Below, piece after piece: positions 36,123 through 48,783 of a stretch of DNA of 64,000 nucleotides. This DNA is from an uncultured delta proteobacterium. Its GTDB lineage: Bacteria > Desulfobacterota > Binatia > UBA9968. Every line of letters begins with the position of its first letter. Within the stretch, counting starts at the first letter, position 1. The notes below the pieces were generated by a model that did not search any database, was not told the DNA's origin, and saw nothing but the letters and a program-made list of their open reading frames with translations. Location of the stretch: the NCBI GenBank assembly GCA_963727625.1, contig CAVSHR010000009.1, forward strand, positions 96,001 to 160,000, written 5' to 3'. Position numbers and translations under genes: made by a program.

Positions 36123-37430
36123 ATGACCATAGATGACTTTTGGCTCGAAGCGCTTCTGATCTTCGCCTTAATTTTTGCCAACGGTTTTTTTGCCGCTTCG
36201 GAAATCGCCATGATTACGATGCGCAAGAGCCGCATCGCCACCTTGTTGGAAAGAGGCGTCAAATCCGCCGCCATCGTCGCCCGATTAAAAGACGATCCCG
36301 ATCGCTTCCTCGCTACCGTGCAGATCGGCGTCACCCTGGTCAGTTCTCTGGCATCCGCCATCGGCGGCGCAGCGGCCATCGGCTACTTGAAGCCGCAGAT
36401 CGCCGCATTGCCTTTCGCCGCGCGTTGGTCTGAAGCGATCGCCCTGATAATCGTTGTCGTGCCGATTTCTTATTTTTCGCTCGTGCTCGGCGAGCTCGTG
36501 CCTAAATCTCTCGCGCTCAGATACTCTGAGCAGATCGCCTGTTTCGTCGCCCGGCCCATCGAGCTCCTCGCCCGCACCAGCTTTGTCTTCGTCAAGGCGC
36601 TGACGGCGTCGAGCAACGCGGTGCTGCGCCTGCTCGGCGGCAAGGACGCCGAAGGCGCAAGCTTCATTTCGGTGGACGAAGTCAAGTCGCTGATCCGCGA
36701 GGGCGCTGCCAAGGGAATCTTCAACGAGACCGAGAAGGAGCTGATTCACAGCGTATTCGAATTCGCCGACACGGCGGTCAAAGCGGTGATGATCCCACGC
36801 ACAGAGATTCACGCGATCGAGGCCCACTCCTCCCTCGCCGATGCCGCCAAGAGCTTTGTCGAAAGCGGCTTCTCACGCATTCCCGCTTATGAAAGCGAAC
36901 TCGATAAAATCATCGGTATTGTTTACAACAAAGACGTTTTTAAAGCGCTCCAGGAAAAGAGTGATTTTCGCGTGCGCGACCATCTCCACCCGGCCTTTTT
37001 CGTGCCCAGCACGCTGCCGATCAGCGAGCTCTTAAAGCAGCTTCAGCGCCGCCGCCTAGCCATGGCTCTGGTGGTCAACGAGTTCGGCGAAGTCGAAGGG
37101 CTGGTCACCCTGGAAGATCTGGTTGAAGAGATCGTCGGCGAGATTCGCGACGAATATGATCGCGAAGAACGCGGGCCGGTGGAGCGCCTGCCAGACGGCT
37201 CCATGGTGATTCAAGGCTCGGCGCTGCTCAAAGACTTAAAAACCGATTTTGATCTACCCTTTGAAGAGTCCCCGGACTACCACACGCTTGCGGGATTTAT
37301 GCTCGCCCGGCTAAAGCGCATTCCGCGTGGCGGCGAATGGGTCGAGGAGCACGGCCACAAGCTAACCATCGTCGATATGGAAGGGCGGCGCATCTTGAAA
37401 ATCAAGTCGGAAAAAACCGTCGCGGCGTGA
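36123..37430 (+). CDS. CNNM/HlyC-CorC family membrane protein
   Basis: NGFFAASEIA, GELVPK, CBS pair, CorC domain; GGAGAGG RBS. Confidence 0.9.
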   Translation: MTIDDFWLEALLIFALIFANGFFAASEIAMITMRKSRIATLLERGVKSAAIVARLKDDPDRFLATVQIGVTLVSSLASAIGGAAAIGYLKPQIAALPFAARWSEAIALIIVVVPISYFSLVLGELVPKSLALRYSEQIACFVARPIELLARTSFVFVKALTASSNAVLRLLGGKDAEGASFISVDEVKSLIREGAAKGIFNETEKELIHSVFEFADTAVKAVMIPRTEIHAIEAHSSLADAAKSFVESGFSRIPAYESELDKIIGIVYNKDVFKALQEKSDFRVRDHLHPAFFVPSTLPISELLKQLQRRRLAMALVVNEFGEVEGLVTLEDLVEEIVGEIRDEYDREERGPVERLPDGSMVIQGSALLKDLKTDFDLPFEESPDYHTLAGFMLARLKRIPRGGEWVEEHGHKLTIVDMEGRRILKIKSEKTVAA

Positions 37431-37464
37431 CCGCGTAAACACCCACTACACATTGTATGGCGGA

Positions 37465-37878
37465 TCAGTAACAACGGATCTCAATCTCGTTGCCGTCGGG
37501 ATCGAGAAAATAAACCGAAGTCGCACGACCGCACGCGCCCCAGCGTGACACCGGTCCTTCGCGGACGGAAACTCTATGTGCCGCCAGATAGTTGACGATA
37601 CCGGCAAAACCCGCGGCGTCGACGACCATGCAAAAATGATTTAGGTTGCCGTCATTTTTCGCGCCGCTGAGCGCCGGCATCTTCTCCTTGGCGGGAAACA
37701 AATCGATGATCGTCGCATCATTGATGCGCACCGATGGGAAGCCGACCCGGCCGGCTCTAAACTCCTCGACCCGCTCGCCCTTTAGGCCGAGAATTTCACC
37801 GTAGAATGCCAGGGAGCGCTCAACGTCGCCGACGTTGAGCACGATATGGTCCAACCCCGTGATGTTTAGCCTTGCCAT
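37465..37878 (-). CDS. VOC/glyoxalase family protein
   Basis: LDHIVLNV, NHFC, YFLDPDGNEIE. Confidence 0.88.
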   Translation of the reverse strand: MARLNITGLDHIVLNVGDVERSLAFYGEILGLKGERVEEFRAGRVGFPSVRINDATIIDLFPAKEKMPALSGAKNDGNLNHFCMVVDAAGFAGIVNYLAAHRVSVREGPVSRWGACGRATSVYFLDPDGNEIEIRCY

Positions 37879-37891
37879 GGTCGAACTCCTT

Positions 37892-38977
37892 TCACGGCAC
37901 CGCCGCCGCAGCGGTCACTGAGAGCGTGCCGATTGCCGCCAACTCTTTCAAGAGTACTTGAACTTCCTTGGGTTTGCCCACTGTGATGCGCAGGCAGTCT
38001 TGCAACCCCGGCAGATCGAAATAACGCACCAGTATCATCCTGCGCTTGAGCGCCTCATAGACCGGTTTCAAGCTCGCTCCCTGCTTGCGCGCCAAAACGA
38101 AATTCGCATGGGACGGATAAACCTGAAAGCCCAGCCGCTTGAGCGCCGTAGTGAGCCGCTTGCGGCTCTGTCGAATGCGCCGCGCGTTGCGATTCATCCA
38201 GGGCAGGTCTTGTAACGCCGCGGTCGCAGCGACAAGACTCAGGCGGTTCAAGTTGTAGGAATCTTTGACCTTCATCATGCCGGCGATGATTTCCTCTGAC
38301 GCGAAGGCCAGGCCGATGCGCATGCCGGCAAGGGAAAAGGATTTAGACAAGGTTCGCAGCACGACCAAATTGGGCAACCGCTGGATCAGCGGCATCGACG
38401 AGGCCCCTTCGCTATCGGCAAAGTCGATATAGGCTTCGTCGACGACCAGGATACCGGAAATCGCACGCGCCAGTTTTTCGATTTCTGGCGAGGGTACGAG
38501 CGTACCCGATGGCGCGTTGGGATTACATAGAAACGTTAGCGCCGCCTCCTGCCCGGCCAGTGCCAAGGGCATGGAAAAATCTGCCGGGTAATCGACCGTG
38601 GCCCGGATACCGTCGTGGATCTCAACCAGGGTATCGTAAAGCGAGTAAGTGGGAATCGGAAAAGCGACCCGGTCGCCCGGACCGACAAAACAACGGAGCA
38701 ACATCGACAAGAGCTCATCCGAACCGTTGCCGGCGATGATATTTGCCGGCCTGACGCCGAACACGCCCGCAGCCACCGTGCGCAAGCTATCGCTCAATGG
38801 TTCCGGATAGAGCCGCAGAGATGCGTTGACCGCTTGCCGAAGTGCGGCGTACACCTTGGGCGACGGCGGGTAGGGGTTTTCGTTGGTATTTAACTTAATA
38901 ATCCCCGGGTCCTGTAGCTGTTCGCCCGGGACATACCCCGCCATGGTGGCAATGTTCGATCGAAAATAATTCGCCAT
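37892..38977 (-). CDS. hisC: histidinol-phosphate aminotransferase
   Basis: KLNTNENPYPPS, GNGSDE, CNPNAPSG, DEAY, RTLSKSFSLAGMRIG. Confidence 0.93.
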   Translation of the reverse strand: MANYFRSNIATMAGYVPGEQLQDPGIIKLNTNENPYPPSPKVYAALRQAVNASLRLYPEPLSDSLRTVAAGVFGVRPANIIAGNGSDELLSMLLRCFVGPGDRVAFPIPTYSLYDTLVEIHDGIRATVDYPADFSMPLALAGQEAALTFLCNPNAPSGTLVPSPEIEKLARAISGILVVDEAYIDFADSEGASSMPLIQRLPNLVVLRTLSKSFSLAGMRIGLAFASEEIIAGMMKVKDSYNLNRLSLVAATAALQDLPWMNRNARRIRQSRKRLTTALKRLGFQVYPSHANFVLARKQGASLKPVYEALKRRMILVRYFDLPGLQDCLRITVGKPKEVQVLLKELAAIGTLSVTAAAAVP

Positions 38978-39262
38978 AGCCCTGAAGTTTATCGGCAGCC
39001 AGAACGCTTTTCAAATCGTCTTTCGCCGTCGAGGTGAAATGTCAAACTTGCAGAATTGCCACCTTCATCAATCCCGAACTCTGATTTAGCGGTTGATCCA
39101 AGTATCGCCAAGAGAGTCCGGTACACCGACAACTAATGAGACAAATTTGTCCAACGATTCCTGGAATTGTCCAAATTTCCTCAATTTTCCGGTTTACGCG
39201 GGATCCGGCCCAAGACCCTGGTTTTTAACTATATGATTTTAAATGACTCTTTATTCCGCCAG

Positions 39263-39278
39263 TGGCATGTTTTTGGCT
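39263..39278 (+). promoter_or_regulatory. putative sigma54 promoter
   Basis: TGGCATGTTTTTGGCT = GG-N10-GC; palindrome GACAAATTTGTC at 39140-39151 upstream. Confidence 0.55.
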
Positions 39279-39360
39279 ATAGCGTCATAGTTGGCTGAGC
39301 CCTTGGACCGTTGCAGCATTGATTTTCCAGCTCACCCGGCCGAGGCAGAGTTTTAGTTGC

Positions 39361-42300
39361 ATGGACTTCAGCAAATTCCCCAAAAGCGATCCTGCAGCCC
39401 TGCTGCTCAATGAGATCGAGATCTTGCAGGCGCAAGCCCGCTTGATCGAGCTTTACCTTAAACAAGCCCAGGCCACCTCCGATGATGAAATCGCGCGCCT
39501 GCACGCTCGTTATGAAAACGAGCTCACGGCGCTGCGCGCCGAGCTCGCTGCCAAAGAAGCTTCTGCGCGTCGCGAGTCCGAACCGGCGCCCGATGCCGGG
39601 CTGCGCGAACAATTCGAGTCTTTGAAAAACCAACTAGCCGAAGAACAACGGGCGGTCGAAAGCCGCAATGCCGAGCTGCATAGCGCCAAGTCGGATGCCG
39701 ATGATTTGCGCGACCGGATCAGCCAATTGGAATTCGTGCACCAGCAAGCGCAGGCGGCCGTGAGCCAGACTGTGCAAGCGCGACAAGAATTGGAGGCGGA
39801 CCTCGCGACCGTTCGCGGCCAACTGGCGGATCAGCAAGAGGGTCTCCAACAACACCAACGGGTCGCCCACCAGATTCAGGAGAGCTTACAGAGTCAACTC
39901 GCTCAACTACACGACCAGCTGGCAACGCAATCCTATAATGCCGCCACGGAGCTCGAAGCAGCAGCCAATGAAATCGCCGCTCTGCGTTACCACATCGGCG
40001 AGCTGCAAGCGAGCTTGCAAGAGACTCAAGGGCGCGCGGCGCGGGAAATCGAACAGGCTCGGGCGCAATCTGACGCCGAGCTGGCCATCCTGCGCTCTAC
40101 CCTGGAGACACGCGAGCAAAGCCTACGGGAAAATCAGGCCGCAACGATCGAGATCGAGGGCAATCTCAAGAGCGAAATACTCGGGATTCGGAACCAGCTC
40201 GCACAAAAACAGGCACTGGTGGAGTCGCGCGTTCAGGAACTCAGCGCCGCCAGCGCGCGCGTCGCCCTACTTGAGCAAGAGCTCGCCGAGCGCGTTGCAG
40301 CCCACCACTCGGCGCACGCGAAAGCCGAGGAGCTCGACGCCCTGCGTCGCGCCAATGAAAACCAGATCGCTGAACTAGAGCATCAAGTGGCAGTCAAAGA
40401 GCGCGCCCTCGGCGAGCGCCAAGAAGCAGTCACCGCCGTCGAGCTGGCGTTGCATAGTCGAATTCAAGCACTCCAACAGGAGCTCGCCCGCAACCGTAGC
40501 GAAATCCAGGAGCGCGAAGTTGACGCGAGCACAGCGCGGGCTGAAGCGGAAAGTCTGCGGGGGAGAATCAGCGCGCTGGAATCCGCAGCCGCCGACGCCG
40601 CGCTTCGCGCACAAGAGCTCGCCGAGGCCGCAAGTCGCGACCTGCAAAAGGAGATTAACGGCTTGCGCGCGACCCTGGCGCGACAAGAATCGACCGCCGC
40701 GTATCGAGAGAACGCTCTGAAATCCGCCCTCGATGAATTGAACGCCGAGATCAACCAAAGACGCAGGGAGCTGGAACAGCAACATGAATTAACCGACCAG
40801 CTCAACAGCGAGATCGAGCAGGTGCGGGGAAATATAGCTGCCGCCGAGAAGCAAAAGGCGCAGTCCGAGCAAGCCCGCAGCCGGGTCGAGGAGAACTGGC
40901 TGGAGGCTAGCAATATTTGCCGGGATCTGGAAACCCGTCTGGAAGCGAAAGACGCCGAGCTTAACGCGCGCCTCGCCGATTTGCGTGAGCACAATGAGTC
41001 GACGCTGCGCGAGCGGGAAGGCACCTTTCAAGCTCATGAAGCGCAGTTACAAGACGAGCTACGGCGCCTACGCGAGCAATGCCAAAACCACCACGATGCT
41101 ATGGCCGAGGCGCATCTGGAGCTCGATGCGCTGCGCGCCGAGATCGCCGCGCTTGAAGTCCGCCATTCTCAAACCGAACAATTTCGCTGCGAACTCGAAA
41201 AGAACTTGGAAGAAGCTCTCGCCCACGGCAAAGATTTACAATCCCGGCTTGATGCTAAAGACCAAGAGCTCCGTGACTCAGCCGCGGCCGCGCAGCTTGA
41301 AAAAGAAGTGGCGCTCACTGCGCGAGACGAAGCCCTCAAATCTCTAGTAGGGCAACTGAGCGGAGAGATCGATCAGTTGCGCGCTCAGACCCAAGAACAA
41401 CAGAGCGAAGCCGCCGAGGCACAAAATGAAATCAATCGACTGCGCGAGGCGATCACCGCGCTCGATGCAGGCGTACACGCCAAAGACGAAGAGCTCAAAG
41501 CCACGCGAATTACCGCCGTCGATCAAGCGCGCCAGCTCGACAGCAAAATTAAAGAACTGCAATGTCAAATCGCCGAAAAGCAATTGCTCGTCGAAAGTCG
41601 CGTGGCCGAGGTTGCCGGGCTGGAGGCCGAACTGAGCCGCGCCACGGAGCATCTTGCCCGAAGGGACGCCGCCGAAGACGAAACTAGAAACACCTATTTG
41701 AGAGACACCGAAGCCATCCGCACGGCGCACCTGGCCGAGCTATCAAGCTTGCAGGAACAATTCCGCGCCGAGCGGCAAGGCCCTGAGAACGAGCTTGCCC
41801 GCGCGCAGTTAGATGTCGCCCTTTTGAACCAGCAAGTTTCTGAGATGGAGGAGCAACGTCGTGCCGCCGAGACGCGACTGCAAGAGCGGGAACAGGAATT
41901 AGCCGCGGTAGCGGCCGAAGCTTCTCATTTGCACACGCGACTCGATCAAGTCGAAGCCCTGCGACAGAAAGAACAAGCTGCCACGGAAGCAGACGAGCAA
42001 GCTCGCCAAGGGCTGGATGGCGAGCTGGCCACGTTGCGCTACGAGCTGCAACAGAAAGCTTGGGCTCTGGCCCAGCAGCAGGCGACCCTGGACAATTCGG
42101 CGCTGGCCCATAAAAATCAGATCCAAAAGTTCGAAAGCAGGATCGACGAACAGCAACGCGGCATTGAAGAGCGGGACGGAGCACTCGAAAGTGCCCACCT
42201 GCGCGCCCAATCCTTGGAGCAGCGCGTTAACGAGCTGCAAGCCGAACTGCAACAAGCCGAACGGACGGCTCTGGAGCAAACCCAGCAGCTAACCGAAGAT

Positions 42301-42954
42301 TATGCCATCAAGATCGATGACATGACCCGGCGTCTTGCGCAAAACCCGGCTGAGCTACAGGATCGCGGCGAGACACAGGCCAACCGTGAACAAAGCCTCC
42401 GCAGCGAGATCGACCGGCTGATTCGCGAAGCACAGGAGAGGAATCAAATCCTCCAGGACCGCAACGAGGAGCTGGTACGGGTCAAGGCCGAGATGGACCA
42501 ACTGCACGATCGGCTTAATCAAATCGAATCGTCAGCGTCTCAAGCCGAGAACGCCCTTGCCAGCGAAACTGAACGCATGCGCGCTGAATTTCAAGCCCAG
42601 CTTGCCCTATTGCAGGCCGAGCTCAGTCAGAAGGAATGGGCGCTGGAGGAGCAGCGCGGCGCGGCCAAGGGAATCGACCAGACACAATCTCAACAAATCG
42701 AATCGTTGCACCAGCAGTATCGCCATCAGATTGAAACCCTGCGCCAACAGTTGACCCAAGCGGAATCTGGTCCAAAAGAAGCCAATGATCGATTCGTTCT
42801 CGGCGAAGATCGATTGAAACAGGAAAGAGAAGATCGGCTGAAAAAGTACCGAGAAGCGATGGCCGAAATATCGCATGGTCCGGATTCGTCATCTCCCGCT
42901 TCGGAGAATCGCCGCTGGCGCAGCCGGTTTAACTGGAAACGACGCTGGAAATGA
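39361..42954 (+). CDS. ~1200-aa coiled-coil protein of unknown function
   Basis: A/E/Q/L/R-rich heptads throughout, internal repeats, no Walker motifs, W/R-rich tail. Confidence 0.85.
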   Translation: MDFSKFPKSDPAALLLNEIEILQAQARLIELYLKQAQATSDDEIARLHARYENELTALRAELAAKEASARRESEPAPDAGLREQFESLKNQLAEEQRAVESRNAELHSAKSDADDLRDRISQLEFVHQQAQAAVSQTVQARQELEADLATVRGQLADQQEGLQQHQRVAHQIQESLQSQLAQLHDQLATQSYNAATELEAAANEIAALRYHIGELQASLQETQGRAAREIEQARAQSDAELAILRSTLETREQSLRENQAATIEIEGNLKSEILGIRNQLAQKQALVESRVQELSAASARVALLEQELAERVAAHHSAHAKAEELDALRRANENQIAELEHQVAVKERALGERQEAVTAVELALHSRIQALQQELARNRSEIQEREVDASTARAEAESLRGRISALESAAADAALRAQELAEAASRDLQKEINGLRATLARQESTAAYRENALKSALDELNAEINQRRRELEQQHELTDQLNSEIEQVRGNIAAAEKQKAQSEQARSRVEENWLEASNICRDLETRLEAKDAELNARLADLREHNESTLREREGTFQAHEAQLQDELRRLREQCQNHHDAMAEAHLELDALRAEIAALEVRHSQTEQFRCELEKNLEEALAHGKDLQSRLDAKDQELRDSAAAAQLEKEVALTARDEALKSLVGQLSGEIDQLRAQTQEQQSEAAEAQNEINRLREAITALDAGVHAKDEELKATRITAVDQARQLDSKIKELQCQIAEKQLLVESRVAEVAGLEAELSRATEHLARRDAAEDETRNTYLRDTEAIRTAHLAELSSLQEQFRAERQGPENELARAQLDVALLNQQVSEMEEQRRAAETRLQEREQELAAVAAEASHLHTRLDQVEALRQKEQAATEADEQARQGLDGELATLRYELQQKAWALAQQQATLDNSALAHKNQIQKFESRIDEQQRGIEERDGALESAHLRAQSLEQRVNELQAELQQAERTALEQTQQLTEDYAIKIDDMTRRLAQNPAELQDRGETQANREQSLRSEIDRLIREAQERNQILQDRNEELVRVKAEMDQLHDRLNQIESSASQAENALASETERMRAEFQAQLALLQAELSQKEWALEEQRGAAKGIDQTQSQQIESLHQQYRHQIETLRQQLTQAESGPKEANDRFVLGEDRLKQEREDRLKKYREAMAEISHGPDSSSPASENRRWRSRFNWKRRWK

Positions 42955-43062
42955 TAGCAACGACGAATCCGATCCGGGGTCAAAACTAAGCTTCAGGCCC
43001 TGCGCGCTATTCAACAATGAGGTGATCGCTTTGGGCGCTAAATTAGCCGCAAAAGGAAGAAC

Positions 43063-43791
43063 ATGATACAAACCGAACGCATCCCGACGGGAATCACAGG
43101 GCTCGACCCATTGATCGAAGGCGGCCTGCCGAAAGGGCGGTCGTTTCTCATAACCGGGGAGCCGGGGACGGGAAAAACCATATTTGCACTGCAATTTCTT
43201 TTTGATGGACTGAAGCGCGGAGACAAAGGCATCTATGTAACCGCCGATGAAAGTCCCGTGGATGTTCTCGAACAGGCGGCGTCCTTGGGATGGGATTTCG
43301 AGTCCTACGTCGAGACCAAAGAACTGGCGATCTTGAACGCCGGAACCTATCTCACCACACTGCCGGGGCAAGGCAAGGAGCGGCCCATCGATCTCATTAA
43401 AGCAGTCGGCGATCTTGCCGGCTTCGTCAACCAGATCGGCGCCAAGCGCCTCGTGCTCGATCCCGCCGGTCCGTTCGTGCTGCTGCGCGACAGCACGGTC
43501 AGAATCCAAGATCAAACCCGCTTGCTGATTAAGCTGCTGCGCTCATCCATGCAGACGACGAATCTTCTGACGACCTACGCGGTGCCGCGCACCGGCGAAC
43601 GCAGCATGCACGGCATCGAGGAATACCTCGTCGCCGGCGCCATCGTGCTCGAGATGATATGGAAGGACGAAGGCCTTGGCCGAAGCTTGATCGTCGAAAA
43701 AATGCGCTGCACGGACGTCAAACCGAGGCAAATCGAATTCGATATCATCAAAGGCCAGGGCATCGTCGTACAACCGCCGCCGGAGCTTTAG
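43063..43791 (+). CDS. single-domain KaiC/RAD55-like ATPase
   Basis: IPTGITGLD, GEPGTGKT, RLVLD, EEYL, VEKMR. Confidence 0.88.
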   Translation: MIQTERIPTGITGLDPLIEGGLPKGRSFLITGEPGTGKTIFALQFLFDGLKRGDKGIYVTADESPVDVLEQAASLGWDFESYVETKELAILNAGTYLTTLPGQGKERPIDLIKAVGDLAGFVNQIGAKRLVLDPAGPFVLLRDSTVRIQDQTRLLIKLLRSSMQTTNLLTTYAVPRTGERSMHGIEEYLVAGAIVLEMIWKDEGLGRSLIVEKMRCTDVKPRQIEFDIIKGQGIVVQPPPEL

Positions 43792-44040
43792 TTGGCCGGT
43801 GCTACAAATTCATCCGTCATCCTACGGTCCTAAATTCCGCCCATCCGGCAGGTTGTTCTTCCGCGTCCAACCGCCGTCCCATCTCTCGGCGCCAACGACC
43901 CATTTCAGCGGTTGACTGTCGCCACAAACCGGTTCGGGATTAAATCAACCTCAACAAACAGAGTTTTTCGCTTTCGGTGATTCCGTGTTTCTGTCCTGGG
44001 CGCAATATTTTTCTGAGATTTCTTGCGATTTTTCATTTTC

Positions 44041-44069
44041 TTGACAGCCGGCGCAATGATGCTTAGCTT
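44041..44069 (+). promoter_or_regulatory. sigma70-type promoter of clpB
   Basis: TTGACA-17 bp-TAGCTT. Confidence 0.55.
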
Positions 44070-44091
44070 TTTAGCATACGCGAGGTGAGAA

Positions 44092-46715
<2,624 letters not shown>

Positions 46716-46719
<4 letters not shown>

Positions 46720-46880
46720 GCGCGTCGTCGAGAAGAATCGCTCCGGGACTGGCGCGGGTTCGAAAAGCAATTCCTCCCCCTGGCAAGGTCTTCAGAGACC
46801 AGAAGAGAGCGAGTCGCACTCGGTCTAAAGTGGAACTCCAACAAGAGCTGAAAGCATCTCAGCCGCGTAAATCTTGTTAA
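46716..46880 (+). CDS. 54-aa basic protein coupled to clpB
   Basis: TTG overlaps the clpB TGA; AAGGA upstream; [54 protein letters not shown]. Confidence 0.55.
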
Positions 46881-46906
46881 CCGTCCTCTGCGATCTGCGA
46901 TGAGAG

Positions 46907-46940
46907 GGGGGCAGTCCGATAAGGCGTGCCCCCTTTTTTT
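46907..46940 (+). terminator. intrinsic terminator
   Basis: GGGGGCA...TGCCCCC followed by T7. Confidence 0.8.
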
Positions 46941-46945
46941 AAGTC

Positions 46946-47281
46946 ATGGCCGATTCAATGATCGCGGACGAGCAAAAAGCCCGCTCTCGACGGGTCCTGT
47001 ACCGGGTTTCGCTCGGCCTTGCCCAAGTCGCCGTCAATCATCGCGCGATTCAGATCGCCTTGCCGACCCTGACTCATGGATTTGGGGCGAATTGTCGTTT
47101 ATCGAGTGGGTACGGATTGGCCGCCGGCGGCTTGACGACGCAGCAGACCGAATCGCCCGAGGGTGGGTCGGCCGCGCCCAAGCAATTTCTCCAGGTGTTC
47201 GGCTCCACCGTTCATTTCGTCAATGGCTTCGCGCTTTTGGCGATTTTGTTTTCAGCTTTGCGCGGGGGTAATAGAAGTTAA
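46946..47281 (+). pseudogene. internally deleted MFS paralog
   Basis: N-terminal part matches TM1 and C-terminal part matches the last helix of the two downstream MFS proteins. Confidence 0.75.
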
Positions 47282-47323
47282 CCGCCGACCGGGTGATCAC
47301 GCTACCGCGGCCGCTAGGACACC

Positions 47324-48760
47324 ATGGAATCCTCCGAAGCAAAACCCGCCAATCAACGCCGTCTCACGCTCATTCTTTTCAACGTCTGTGTCGGTCAATT
47401 CATCGTCGGTCTCGACCAGCGCGCCTTGTTGGTCGCGCTGCCGACGCTGACCCAGACGTTCAAGACCAGCCTGTCCACCATCCAGTGGGTGCTGCTTATT
47501 TATGATTTGCTCCTGATCGGCACGGTGATCACCGTCGGGCGCCTCGGTGATCTATTCGGCCGGCGGCGCTTTTACAGCTGCGGCTTTCTGGTTTTTGTGC
47601 TGAGCTCGGCGCTCTGCGGCGCCGCCCAGTCGGCCTGGCAGATTATTTTATTTCGTGGCATGCAGGCCATCGGCGGCGCGATGATCTCGGCCAATGGACG
47701 CGCGGTCGCTTCCATCGCCTTGCCCGCGAGCGAGCGCGGCAAGGCAATGGGCTTCGCCTCCATGGCGTTTCACATCGGTTTTTTAACCGGCCCGACGCTC
47801 GGCGGATTTTTAATCGACAGCATCGGTTGGCGCTGGATTTTTTACCTTAATCTACCGGTCGGTCTTTGGGGCGCCTACCTGGCGTGGACGCTTCTGGAAG
47901 AAAGCAAAGAAACGGTCAAAGGCATCACGGTCGATTTGCCGGGGGCGATTCTGCTCATGCTGACTTGCACGCTGTTAATCTACGGCATGAACCAGCTACC
48001 GCATGTCGGTTGGGACAGCCCCTTGGTGACCTGGATGCTCGCGCTCGCCGCCGTCGCCCTGGTGCTGTTCGTGATCGTCGAGCTTAAATCGCCCATGCCG
48101 ATTCTGAGTTTTTCGCTGTTTCACAATCGGCTGTTTAGCGCATCCATCCTTAGCCTGTTTTTCATCACCTCGACGCAATCCGCCATCAGCTTTCTAATGC
48201 CATTTTACCTGCAAAACATTTTGCTTTTTTCGCCGACCCAAATGGGCTGGATCATCATCGCCAATTCGGTCGTCATCGTGATGGTCGCACCGGTCGCCGG
48301 CTGGCTGTCGGACCGCATGGGCTCGCGACTGCTCTGCTCGGTCGGTTCGGCCTTGATCGTCGCCGGGCAGTTTTTCATCGCCTCCCTGGGCGCCGACTCG
48401 TCTGTCCCGCGCATCATCTTTCCGCTTGTGCTGACCGGTTTCGGCTGGGCGATCTTCAATTCGCCGAACCAAAGCGCGATCTTGGGTTCCGTGCCGCGCG
48501 ACAAAGTCGGCACGGCGTCGGGCATGAATACCACCACGGCTCGCACCGGCGGCGCCATGGGCGTAGCCCTCTCCACCACCTTGTTTACCTACGGCCTGGC
48601 CGCCGCTGGGATGACCCGGGCACAAATCGAAGCGCCGCAATCTTGGGGCAGCGCGCCGGAGATTTTCGTTCACTCGTTCAATCACACGGTTCATATCGTC
48701 AATCTTTTCACCCTGCTATCGGTGCTTTTTTCGGCGGTCCGAGGCCAGCGTCAGGAATAA
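47324..48760 (+). CDS. DHA2-family MFS transporter
   Basis: GRLGDLFGRRR, GPTLGG, WRWIFYLNLP; 14-TM pattern. Confidence 0.9.
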   Translation: MESSEAKPANQRRLTLILFNVCVGQFIVGLDQRALLVALPTLTQTFKTSLSTIQWVLLIYDLLLIGTVITVGRLGDLFGRRRFYSCGFLVFVLSSALCGAAQSAWQIILFRGMQAIGGAMISANGRAVASIALPASERGKAMGFASMAFHIGFLTGPTLGGFLIDSIGWRWIFYLNLPVGLWGAYLAWTLLEESKETVKGITVDLPGAILLMLTCTLLIYGMNQLPHVGWDSPLVTWMLALAAVALVLFVIVELKSPMPILSFSLFHNRLFSASILSLFFITSTQSAISFLMPFYLQNILLFSPTQMGWIIIANSVVIVMVAPVAGWLSDRMGSRLLCSVGSALIVAGQFFIASLGADSSVPRIIFPLVLTGFGWAIFNSPNQSAILGSVPRDKVGTASGMNTTTARTGGAMGVALSTTLFTYGLAAAGMTRAQIEAPQSWGSAPEIFVHSFNHTVHIVNLFTLLSVLFSAVRGQRQE

Positions 48761-48783
48761 GCCGACCGGGCAAGGAAACTTTA

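Noticed and set aside
39361-42954. SMC or SbcC call for the coiled-coil protein
   Set aside because: No Walker A/B, signature motif, hinge or CxxC hook
43063-43791. Circadian clock KaiC
   Set aside because: Single domain only and no kaiA/kaiB in the window
46720-46940. Riboswitch or 6S RNA after clpB
   Set aside because: GGGACTGG resembles SAM-I, but the rest of the fold is absent; a small ORF plus terminator explains the region better
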